Source of the DNA: Iphione sp. A-MEVVRFRX5
Taxonomy: Eukaryota
Direction: 5' to 3'
DNA: 33,000 nt
Assembly (NCBI GenBank): GCA_976226885.1
Contig: OZ320313.1
Location: 37,603,001 to 37,636,000 of the forward strand
The translations under genes were made by a program, and so were the position numbers. A model generated the notes under the pieces. That model worked only from the letters and a program-made list of their open reading frames with translations. It ran no database searches and was not told where the DNA came from. Below, piece by piece: positions 21,176 through 33,000 of the stretch (position 1 is the stretch's first letter; each line of letters opens with the position of its first letter).

Positions 21176-21309
21176 GTATCGAAAACAGTTCCTGGAATTA
21201 TCATTGAAGAAAATTCAAATATTGGAACAATAATTGGTAAAGTTCAGAAACGTAACACAAGAGGACTTGGAGTACAATATACCTTTAAGACAAATGGAAA
21301 CACGTTTGG
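21176..21309 (+). CDS. Candidate exon encoding the first half of a cadherin-like repeat (5' boundary uncertain)
   Basis: Reads VSKTVPGIIIEENSNIGTIIGKVQKRNTRGLGVQYTFKTNGNTF(G), matching the cadherin IxENxxxGTxIxxV ... VxY ... F pattern. It ends at a phase-2 donor GG|GTAACT. Confidence 0.45.
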
Positions 21310-21380
21310 GTAACTGCATTAATGTGGCTCTTGTGGATTTCAGTTCTTAATGTGAAAAAATTTATGTGGTTGTATTTTAG

Positions 21381-21495
21381 TGTGGATAGTAACGATTACG
21401 GGCTGTCAGTCCGAGTATCACTTACAGAGGAAGGGTATTTATGCCCAGAAAACATTGTACAGCCTAAAAGCATTCAAATATACATTGGTTGTTCT
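21381..21495 (+). CDS. Candidate exon continuing the cadherin-like repeat (3' boundary uncertain; frame open to a stop at 21537)
   Basis: Acceptor ttgtattttAG after a 71-bp intron is phase-compatible and gives TFG-VDSNDYGLSVRVSLTEEGYLCPENIVQPKSIQIYIGCS, resembling F.VD...G.L.V...LDxE.LC of N-terminal cadherin repeats. Confidence 0.42.
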
Positions 21496-24400
21496 GTAAC
21501 AAAGAATATTAAAGATATCACTACTGACACAGCATAAAACTGTACAATTATTCTGGTCTGGGCCTCTGCATATTTTGGAAACCACTAACCGCCTAAAAAA
21601 TTTACGTTTTGTCAAGGGAACCTCTATCTTTGATGTAAGAAATCTTAACCAAATGACGAACTGGATAGCTTTATTCAAGATCGTTCATACTTATTTTATG
21701 TGAATTCTATAACCCTCTAACTCCTTAAGAACGAATCAAATTTAAGGTTTACTCAAATAAAAGATTATGTAAAGACAGGTCTGTATTTCAAGACTTGCTT
21801 TGAGTATAAGCATATCATGCAGTGTTTTGAAGCTAAGAGGTTCACTTTTTATGATACACATTTGTTCTTTTTGATGTTGTCATGGTAGCAAGGCAAGGTC
21901 AAGGAAACCATATTATGGAGGAGAATTGTAACAAATTTGCATTATTTCGCAAAATATGTATACACTCCCTGGCCGTCATTGGCCCTAATAAACTGTGCCT
22001 CCAATAGTGGGGTTCGAATATTGGATGGTTTTTATATTATATAACTTTATTCTCTACCTAGGAATAATGGTTGGAATACTGAGGCTACTGGAATACTGAG
22101 GTGATGATACACTGAGGGGCTATTCTATTGTTTTAAGTAGGAAATGTCCAATTGGGAATGTGTTTAGCAAGTGTTTTGCAGAATTTTCATCTTATCTAAA
22201 TGGTTCCTGCCCATAGTGCAGAACAAATAATGGAAGGTCTGGAACTTCACTGGTTCCATCCCCAAACGGAGCCTCAACATTGTCCATGACCACACTGCTG
22301 GAGACTTCAGGCATTCTGCGATCATCTCAAATGAGAGACAGAAACAGATTGAAAAGATCGTCATAACTGACTTTTCATTATAGGACCTGTGCTGTTACTA
22401 ATACTTTCTATAGAGAATGGGAGACGACAGTGTTGACTGTATAAAAACAATTAAAGTTTATGTTTCCACATGTATCTTAAAATAGGCAACCATTGATTAC
22501 ATATTCGCATTTCCTTCAATAAGGAGTCATAAAAGTTTGAAAAAAAGATTTGTACCTAAGCCTAGAATTGCAAATGTGAATGATATACATTTAGTTATTT
22601 TAAACGAATAAATGATGATTATACAAATGGACTGATGTGGACAAAGTTACAAATACATGTACGTTATGTTTGTGCGCATATGCTAGATCATGTGACAGCT
22701 TCTCTTTGGTAACTCGGTGTGTTTGTCCAAATCTAATCTGTACACAGATAACCTACAATATTTTTTTTTACGCTGAAGTCTTCTCAAAATCAAAATGTAT
22801 TGACAAACTGCTTTCTGTCATCAATGTTATCCAATATGTGTTCGATAAGTCTATCGATGGTGTTTTAGGGTTTAGATCTGAATTATGTCCTGAGGCACTA
22901 CCAGGGCACAGCCGGCATGTCCAGGCAAGGATGGAAAATGTAAGTTATCATGGATCAAACTTGCATTTTGAAGATATTTTGTTATAGTTAGACTAATTTG
23001 AGCGCAAAGTGACCCTTCTCTACTTTCTATCGAGAGATTTAACTTCAGTTTATTTATATTTGTCATAAAGTGTATGTGGAGGTACTATGGGAGGTTAACT
23101 TATCATATAGCCTCACAGTGTTGTGTTGACTATCATCTCAGGCCTTCTGCAAGGAAATCATTAGGTAAACAATAATACTCACTATACACTAACAACTCAA
23201 AAACAAAGACATCTTATGAATCTTCTTCAACACTGACCCAATGCTTTTGGTATTGTGAGTCCTACTGCTCTAATCCTGATCGAGCCGGGCACGGTTTCAA
23301 GCCCCCTTAGTACTGTATGATACAGAGGTGTGCTAACTGAAAGAGGTGTGCATAAGGTCAGAATCATCATCGTCTGTGGTATAAACCATCATTTGTTCTC
23401 GTTATTTACTAAGTTTGCAGGTCTACTAGACATAAGATTTACTAGGTTTAATATCTACAGAATGTATCACTATTGAACCACGATTTGTTATCTTTTTTAA
23501 GGTCCATACTTTATGTTTGATAAAACATTTCGGAAATTAATGGATGTGAAATACCCCTTGGTGGGGATTTATGCTTCTTCACTTCATTAATCTGTACCAT
23601 GGAAAGTTTTACATACAGTGCATTATTCCACCTTCTTTACATAACATTTTTACATTTGAAACCCTATTGACAACCACATCGTTTTGCGACCATTCTCTAT
23701 TTGTGATCACCTGAGGTGGAAACCAAAATGTTGATTTCTATACATTTGATATCCTATTTGCGACCAAATTCATCAATGCAACCATGAAGTCTTGAGCTTG
23801 GACCAGAGTGGTAGTCACAAATAGGGTTTCGACAGTATATGCATATATAAGGTTCAAAAGCTATGTTTACTCTCTTCTAAAATAATACATTTGGCCTGGA
23901 CCAAAAAGCCAAGGGGCAATTTCAAGAATATTCAAGAAGAAAGTGAACTTCCAACCAATATTTGAAAAAAAGGAAAATAAATAACTGATATTACTTGGTT
24001 CTAAAGTGGCCGGTCTTCCAGGTAGAAATGTATCATTGCAAACAATTTTCGATGGCCCATTTTGTCAAATGTTGGGCACGTTATGGTAGAATTTCGCCAA
24101 GAATATCCCTTTCTTTCTCTCTGTAGTATGATGTATGAAATCATTATAACGATTTCAATTGGAAGAGTGCCACTGCTGCTGTTCCTTCCTTTCCGCGTGA
24201 CAACAAGGCCTGGGGGGTTGAGCCATATAACAGGCATGGCAGAGAGGCAAAGGTCAGTGGGATGAATAGATAAAGATAAATATGTACATATAATATGAAA
24301 TTAAGGAAGAATAGGTACCTGAGGGCCGATGAAAAGAGAGGCCAGTGGAATATGTAAACCTGTGGAGGGCGGCCAAATAGTTTTGGCGCAGGTCAGTCTT

Positions 24401-24682
24401 GGCACCATTTTATCAAATCAAAACGAATAAAGAGGTAGGTAACCTGTCCCTTGGAGGGTCTTATTAAATAGTTGCATTGCGTGTAACACGTGGAAATCGC
24501 TTCTCTGCATGCATGACAGCCTCAGTGACCATTTTTCCGAAGTGTTAGTCCATTCAATAGCACGCCAACTGTAGGCTGGTTAGAATGACCTCTTAACACA
24601 TTGACACGCTGACACACCTGCTGGTAATGGATAGAATTACATATACTTGGTATCGCTTTCTTCTCCATGTACAACCACTTCG

Positions 24683-24687
<5 letters not shown>

Positions 24688-24739
<52 letters not shown>
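24688..24739. repeat. (CT)n microsatellite, ~26 units, followed by a pyrimidine-rich tail to ~24870
   Basis: Direct reading of the sequence. It explains the ERERER and SLSLSL ORFs. Confidence 0.98.
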
Positions 24740-24742
<3 letters not shown>

Positions 24743-27700
24743 TCAATCAAGCACTCTATCTACCTCAGTCCTTGGTCTCCCGTTTCTCTTTTTTCTTCCT
24801 TTCTGGTGTCTCTAGACCTCATGCTTACCTTGTCTCTCTGTCTTTCTGTTTCTTTCCTTACATTTATTTGAATATCCTTTTTGGTATATATCTGTGAAAT
24901 TACCGATAAATACATGCAACGTATTCTATTTCAATGCATGGTGTTGGTATTTCGTTTGCATTAAAGCCCAAATAAAGTCCGATCTGAATTTTTTGCCGGG
25001 ATACGCAGATATGGATTTGCTAAGGATATCCGTTATTTCATCACGAGTTTTTAAACCATCCTGTCTTTAACAAAGGAGGTCTTGGTGCAGTGTATGCCAG
25101 GGGCGGATTGAGATGACTTGTGTAGTGCAGCTTATTTTCAGACTAAAAAGCTCGTCCTGTGGTTACGAGGTCTCCAATCCCAGATGAAAAGGCATATCAG
25201 TTACTTTTAACAATGGAAACAGTAGCCTCATGTGTACGTAATGGGAGCCCGTGTGGTTAGATATGCCATGTCAAGAAACGATTTCAAGTGGAATTTTTCA
25301 GTGCTCATAGTACTAAAATATGGCCACTTGGGGAGGGGGGTGGAGTGGGGTTAAGTAGGCCTCCCAGTAAGGCTCGGTAGTGGGTACTAGAAATGGATCC
25401 AGATGGAATGACGACTTTTTATTCACATTTTTACCTGCCAGTCCGCATGCTACCAGGATTTTCTACACAGATAAGTTCGATGTTGTTTGAGGCGGGGCAC
25501 CGCAGGGCCTCAGCAAGTGATCATAGGGCAGACCGGAGGTCTATGGAAGAACTGGCCGATGGGGCTGTTCCTTTTACAAATCTAAACATGCACTGCTGCC
25601 CTTGCGACATATGAGTATGGCTGAATGGATCTTTCGTTGTTGGTGTGTGGTAGTCAGAGACAGAACAATGATCCATCGTAAACTTAGCCTACAATGGGAA
25701 TTACTGTTATCTAGCTTTCGGTCATTACATATTTAAGACAATTTGTAGTGAGCATGATCAAGGCAAAGGTGTTGTTTTATTACTTTGTATCTAGTTTTAT
25801 CTGGTGTAACTATCCAAAAGTGGTCGGCTTGTCACAGAAACACATCTGGAGAAAAATCCATATTTTATCTAAAATATAGGATCTTATCGACTAAAAACGA
25901 ATGGCGCGTAGTCAGTCGATCATGTAGTGTTATTTTCGAAAATTTTCGAAAAACGAAGGTAAAGGTCCCCACAAATGGCATATGTGGGTTTGGTTATTTA
26001 GGGCCCCAAAACAAAGAATGTTTTGAGAACATGTTTTAAATGTTTGTATTTCAAAATCAGTATGTATGAACTCTTGAATCAAATGTCTATGGTATTAAAA
26101 TGTTAGGACATGGGGAAAAGTTTGAAAATTGCTTTCAAATGTTTTGAGAATGTTAATTAAAACATTAATAAGTATTGCTTCTTGCGTTTGGTCTCCAAAT
26201 TTCCTGACTCTAACTCTGACGCTGTAAGATAACCCTCTGTTATTAACAGAAACATCTGACGGAAGTACATGCTTGTGTATTCTGCGTACATTCTGGCCAT
26301 TACTCATGACATCTCAACTGTGTTTCCATTTTGACCTGTGTCAAGACTGCTCGAACCATTGTATTCGTATGGACACGTACCTGTCCTCTCCCACCACTAC
26401 TGAAGCGCTAAACCCATCTCCTGCCTTCCCACCTCCTACCATCCACTGCCCTGGATGCATGAGAAGCACTGGACGAGAGTCGAGCCGCATTGCATGCCCA
26501 TATTGCCTCTCGCTCCTCAGGTGTCCGAGCTCGATGACGTCAGGTGACTATCACATGACCTGCGCACGTTCCTTACGTCCAGGGTAGTGGTAGACATGGA
26601 GGAAGAGCGAGCGGCAGTAGGGTAGCGGTTTTAAGGTTTCGCCACTTAAAAAAATAACTAATACAAGTCCCGCATGCAAACAAGCAGAAACACACGAAGG
26701 GGACGCTTTTGTTGTCCCGATCAGTATCTGTGTGATATGATGCAACACGTTATCATAGCATGGCTACACACGTGCAAAGAAATGAAGAGAACACGACCTT
26801 CAGGAACGTGCGACAGTTTTTAGTGAGCAAGTACTATTAGTGCCCACGTGCTTCGATTTAGTTTTTTGTCCTGAGGTATACCATCGATGCTGAATATAAT
26901 CTTATCAAAAACTTGAATTTATTTGCACACAATGTATATGGTCCAAGAGTCCGTTTATTACACGCCTTGTGTTTGCTGCAGCATTAGCAAGGAGACCGAT
27001 AAATCTTCTGGATTAAAATGATGGGAGCCATATACACCCCGTTCGTATGGCACGACTAACGTTATTCTAAAAGGACTTTAATCATGTCTTTCTGCTACAT
27101 TCTGTCACAGACATGGATAGAGGATGTGTTTATAGGGTAAGGAAGCACCACCAGCAAGAGAAATATGAAAGGTGACACTGAAAGACGTAGGAAAATTCTA
27201 TTTAACGTATCGTTTTACTGATTTACTGTTTTCGATTCCAGTATTCTCTGAGTTTCCCATAAATCTGGATGTTAGACTTCACTTTTTCTTATCACTTTAT
27301 GGAAATTCTAGCATAATGACGTGTACCTGAGTTTGATCTTCTGAACGGAAAATGACAGAGACAAGGGGGCTCCACTCAAGCAGGAAGAATTAGTTACAGT
27401 GCAGCCTGCTAAACAACCAAATACATGTAGTCACAGATCTATCGATAATGGAAAGAGGATCGACTGTTTTACTTTATGTTTGGCATCATGAAACCAACAT
27501 CTTGCTTCTCAGTAAATTCAAACGTGAGTTACTCTTAATTCTTCCCGCCATCTTTCTTCCTCTATAGCCTCACGTAACGTCCCCAATGGCCTTATTTCCC
27601 TCAATCTTCTGTTTATTTTGTGATGTTTCTGTGGGTTTTCCCTTCGTGGCTTGGTGGCCCTTGATTTAACTGCATTCAGTTATTAAACCCAGGTTATTCA

Positions 27701-30700
27701 CTGTGCTAAATCTATCGATAACACTTGTGGTCGTTCAGTTGAGATCTCTCGATTATTATAGCCTATAATTATCCCTCGCTCAATCCCCTTTTTGTATTGA
27801 AAAAAATGTGTCAAACAAGCACAAAATTCGTGAATTCTATATTGTTAGCTATACATTATACCAAGGCAGAAATATATCAGAGATCAAAAAAAGCATGCTG
27901 AATTTTATTTAGCTACTATGCCCTTTCCTAGGCGGACAATGAAGTGAATGGTCACCATCTCATCTGTGGTGCACTGGAGTAGCATATCGCACAGTTATAG
28001 GAGAGCATTTAAAATAAGTAAAGCCCTTGGCCAGTCAGTTGCAGTAACTGGCTTTGCTATTTTTTTTATGTCGCATCATATTCCCTTAAGTTCAGATAAT
28101 TCGGTTTTATACCTCCTTAATGTTAAAACATGATAAAAATGATGAAGTTCTCCAATTCAAACTGCAGGATTTCTCTGTCGTTCCTCCATTCCCCTGTGTA
28201 TATGTGTGAAACATTATTGTCTAGCACATATACACTATCATAAAATATCTCTTTAATATAATAGGGGTATGAGCATCTTTAATTACCAACAGAATGGGGT
28301 GATTGATAGACTACGGATATGTATATTTTCCCTACGTCTTACCTTTCCGGCAACCGAACACAGAGCATCTTAAGTTTTGCTGGTGAATAAGTATTCCCCC
28401 TAATTGCTTATTTCGTTCATTCGTATCGTGTTGACCAACGTATGGATGAAAGCAGGACTAGCACATTCATATCCAGACAAAGCCGCAAACGACCGACCGC
28501 GCAATAGAAATTATCATCCACAGTATTGTGCTATTTCGGCTTTCTTTGTGCTCCCGTGGTTGGTAACGGTAAGACACCGCAGATAGCATCACCCTACAAC
28601 AATAGGTTAACCAGCCTGCACCTATCGACAAGGGGTTAAAGAGACTGACCGCCAGGAGCCACCACGACTGCAGTAGCGCGTTCCCTTCGACATCAGCGTC
28701 CCTATCGTCTGACGAATGCCACTTCCGGTCGCCCCCAGCTATTGAACTTGCGTGGACAGAGAGCACTAGTTGTATGTCCACAAGGGGTCGTTAGCGTTGG
28801 GCAGCGCCTATTCATTGTTGGTAGATATGTGGGAGAGAGAAGGGGAGTCCGGAGGTGACAGGAAAGAGTTGAGGGGTTGGAGGGGGACGTGGAGGGGAGC
28901 GGGGCGTGCGCGTTCATTGTGCTTCTTTTGTCCTTAATTATTAGATCCTTAGATATATTATGTGAAAGTGAGAGGGCTCTTAGAGATGCAGGTATCGATG
29001 TCCCCCAAAAAACTGATGCATTGCATCGGTGTTTCCTTTCCTTTCAACAAACAATAGTGATAAAATCTAATTTCAATAGACACTTTCGAGGCCAAGAAAC
29101 AAAGGCATAAATATTAACTTGCCTGTGAGAAAGTAAGTATCTCCTTGTGAATATCATGCAAACGGAAAGTCTTGGAGTATTATCTTGTGAAGTGATCTCC
29201 TTAAATACTTCTAGATTGATGATGCAACTGATTTATCGGGGTTTACTAATATTGCCTACGAGTAGTGGAGAGAAGTAATACCGAGACTTATTCCATGTTA
29301 TTTTCATGTAAGCATAAAGCAATCATCATTTTTCGATAATAAATTTCCTGTTTTCAACAATCTAGATTGATAAATTAAGTCCACTAATTTCAGTATTATG
29401 TGGGGCCTATCATCCAGCGAAGCTCAGTTATACACATTCCACATATAAACGATCTGAAGTACATCAAGGGTACGCTTTGTGCCGCCATTGACATGCTATT
29501 CTTAACACTATACTAACACAAAAATATGTACGCACTATTAGCAACCTAGAATCATATAAATTACATGCTCATTCTAATGCAATTCATTAAAAAATATCCG
29601 TCCATTCGACTACTGCGAAAATAAAGTTACCACTCAATTTTATCGTACATTGAAATAACTTTATGACTTGGCTTATGTATTCGTAAAACTACTAGTCGAA
29701 ATAATCTATTCATACACTGTGGATATAACCTTGTTTTAACAGATTTTCCTACTACCCAGCTGTTTGTGATACCGGGAAATGGGCATATACGTCGCTGCCC
29801 ACCAATAAGGCACTATAATGGTCCACCCCCACCACCCACCCACCCCCATTTCGGTGCCTGGGTGGGCTCGTCACTGCTGATGTCCAGCTTGGAGCAGGCC
29901 GGCACAACCTTTCCCTATGATGACGACCTGTGTGTGTCCATCACCCTTTAATTAGTCGACGGCTAGTTCGTTCTTTTTTCCGCCATTGGCCGCAAGGCTG
30001 ATGGTAGAGGTAGGAGTATCAGTATCAAGTATGACCCGTGGCTATCGACTGACCTGGTCAGTCACCATCGAGGTGGCAGAGTGCAGGCGGGTTGATAATA
30101 AAATTTCTTTTCCATAAGGCCCCGCTGTGCTCTCTCGGTAGTAACGTGTCTGCCTGGAGTGTGAAAAGCAAAAAAGAGCATATTCATAATAGGAATCAAC
30201 ACTAATCTGTAACCTATTTTCACTTGATTGACTTTCTAAAGTCATTCTTATTCCTTCTATAGAGATAGATTCCTTGCAGAGGAAGTATTCCAAATAAATC
30301 AAACAAAATGGATTCACAATTCTGTAAGAACAAACTACTGTTGTGTACCTGACAAATCGAGTGCCAGATTGCAATGTAACTCTGTAGACGCAGTTATTTT
30401 GTATTCCTGAAAACTAAACTAAAGCAAATTCCTATTTATTATTCCTGCTTTAGGATTGTGACATAGCATTCAATATAACCGACCCTATTTCGACACACGG
30501 ACATTTCAGTTTATTACTAGGATTATAAAACCTATTTTGCAACGAAGAGGTTTTCTTTCGACGTCTACATCACGAGTGGCTGTTCTCCTTCCTTCTGACG
30601 GCTTCTAGCACGTCTTATGTCCATTTCTAAGACAAAGTTCAAGCGTTGTCAAATGATAAGTTGAAGTAAGGCACCGTGTAAAGAAGCAACATTGTATTGA

Positions 30701-32714
30701 CCTTCATGTTTTAGCATGGAAAAACAAAAATAACATAATGAACTATACAAAATGTTATATCCTAAACTTAGTCGCAGCAGAAATACAACAGGACGTCTGG
30801 AAAGCCCTTTCCTCACTTTCTCGCAGATTCTCACGGCATATCGTGCCAAGAGCGAGATTTCCGATTGTGAGATGAGAGTACCTGCTGGTGGTTGAAGGAG
30901 CGAGAGGAGCAACAAGCCCTCCTCCATTCATCCCGCCCTCACATCTTCATATGGCACACAATACACTCTCATGCACACCTATTCGTAGTAGTAGATACAC
31001 CTGGCCTTAGAGACCACACACCCCGAGGGTATACAGGCTAAAATTATTTTCAGTACAATGTTAACATAATGTTACACACCGTACACTCATTCTATCTCTG
31101 TGCACTCCCTCGATTTCGCACATATGCATGAAGACAAAATTACTGAGACAATCTACCTTAGCTGCTCCCCGGTCGACCACCACCCCTGAGGGGTATATAT
31201 GAGTGTATCTGTCCGCCCCGTCCCCGCCCCTTCCTCTGTACCTTTACATTAGAGGCGGCTGGAGTGATCTTTAATTGACTGGCCACCTGCGCAGGATACG
31301 TTCTTCGGGTCTGGGTTGGTATCACACTGGGACAATAGCCGCGTGCGAGAGAGAGTCAACGATCTTCGAAGAGTTACAGATTCACCATCCTAAGCTAGAC
31401 CTCTAAATGTGTCATTTATCTCTTTCTCTCTCTTTTTTTTTCTCCACCTCTCTCCTGTGTTGCCCCTCCCCCTTTAATCTCCCCCGCCTTCCCCTTTCTC
31501 TAACCTCATCAGCGCTTCTTTCTCGCCTTTTCTTCTCTGTCCTATTCACTCTCACTTCTGTGATTATGGAAACATGTCCTTCCTTTCGTGTAGATATTAG
31601 ATATTTTGATGCGCAATTGTGACTCTAACTTATATTAAGAGTCTCTTACAGACACGACATGGACTATAATATCGCTGCTATCACAGTACGACTTAATGAA
31701 CCATCATATGCTTTAAATCACTGTTTTTCTCATTTTGTTTCGACTCTTTGTGTACTTCTTATTCTCTCCTTTAGCTCCATCCTGAATATTTGGAACGTTA
31801 GTGTACTGAAATTGATTCATCGCAAAAAACATCCTCCTTCCTCTTGTTTCTGTCTCTGTGTCTCCATCCCTTTTTCCATTTTCCTGTTTGTGCCCGTCTC
31901 TGATTTCCCAGTAATTTGGTCAGAGAGAGGGAACTTCTTTCCCTCATCACACACTTGTGTATGGACACTCGATATCCTATGTCAACCCCAAAGGCTTGTC
32001 TCGGGCACCCCTTCCCACGAAAATGGCGGTGACAGCCCATCTATGTATGCCTTGTTAGTTCTCGACAGGGGGCGTCTTTGTTGCCTTCGCCACCGTGTGG
32101 CCGCGAGTTAAATCAATACCATGAGGCGACTTCCGTTTTTCAACGAGAGGCTGCTAAAGGTTCTCACGGGTTGGGGGGGGGTTTAAATGCAAGACCCCCG
32201 CATTATAGCCAAATTGGACCATCGCGTATCCTAGCCATAGGAATACCTGTCACATTGACCTCCAATCACTTATGGACATGTTAACCAGCTCTGAATTACA
32301 TGGGCCAAAAGCATTAGGTATACAAAATCTAAACATACAATACACCATCCACACAATAGAATCATGGCCTCGGATACCTGAGATCTGCAACTGTGATGCA
32401 TTCAAATTTAAATCTACACAGTCCTACAGATCCCACACACCTCGATTAAAGACACGCCTACCTAGCAACAGCCTTGCACAATTTGATCAACAGCCACTGC
32501 CTCTCATATTGAACCACTAGTCAGTTCTCTTTTATCTCTTTCCCCAGCTTGGTCTTCCTACTGCGCCAGCGTGACTCCACCATCATATAGCGAAACAAAA
32601 ACCACCACCAGAAGGTACAACCAGTGTCATAATGGCATCCTGCTGGTCGATAATAGTGATCTTTCAATGTGATGTCACATCTATAACAGCCTTGCAAAAC
32701 ATAATATCAGTAAT

Positions 32715-32973
32715 CAGTGGCAGATTGACCTAGTATCAAAAGTACCATATGCCTTGGGCGCCACCATTTCAACGGCCCTACACAAAATACTTCCGAGCAA
32801 ATCGTCAGGTGAAAATACATACTTTATGGGGAATTTACGCAAAATTTACATCGATATACAAAAATGACAAAAAACTTCAACAAATATGACTTTTAGAGGA
32901 AAATTTTAATTAAGAAAATGGTCCATAAGTGGTCTATTGATCACAGGCCCCGTACTAGTTGAATCCGGCCCTG
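32715..32973. mobile_element. hAT-type MITE (~259 bp)
   Basis: Imperfect 12-bp TIRs CAGTGGCAGATT and (reverse complement) CAGGGCCGGATT, flanked by 8-bp TCAGTAAT / TTAGTAAT (7/8 match). An 8-bp TSD is characteristic of hAT. Confidence 0.72.
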
Positions 32974-33000
32974 TTAGTAATGCAAACATTGATGAAGCCC

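Noticed and set aside
24522-24897. ORFs with ERERER or SLSLSL runs
   Set aside because: They are translations of the (CT)n microsatellite.
25933-25952. Perfect 20-bp palindrome TTTTCGAAAATTTTCGAAAA, considered as a heat-shock element
   Set aside because: Spacing does not fit nGAAnnTTCn. It is a low-complexity doubled 10-mer with no further support.
31014-31200. Two similar ACCAC..CCCC(T)GAGGG(G)TATA motifs ~165 bp apart
   Set aside because: Short and imperfect, with no TIR/TSD or third copy to define an element.

Overview
This is AT-rich eukaryotic genomic DNA, most consistent with an invertebrate animal. It is not prokaryotic: there are no operons, no rRNA, no functional tRNA and no CRISPR array, and almost all ORFs in the supplied track look spurious. 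The window is dominated by decayed transposable elements. These are: a non-LTR retrotransposon RT fragment (5.2-5.8 kb); a decayed Crypton-type tyrosine recombinase on the minus strand (~13-14.4 kb) next to a ~146 bp palindrome; several PIF/Harbinger-like MITEs sharing a TIR; two copies of a second TIR element; two inverted copies of a tRNA-derived SINE, one nested in a MITE; a second SINE-like head; and a hAT-type MITE with an 8-bp TSD. There is also a ~27-copy 43-bp minisatellite with higher-order structure and several smaller repeats. Host-gene evidence is limited to candidate spliced exons found by eye: a cadherin-like exon pair at ~21.2-21.5 kb, a phase-compatible chain of micro-exons on the + strand, and a hydrophobic exon on the - strand. 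All protein similarities come from recalled motifs, not database searches, and exon models are hypotheses.
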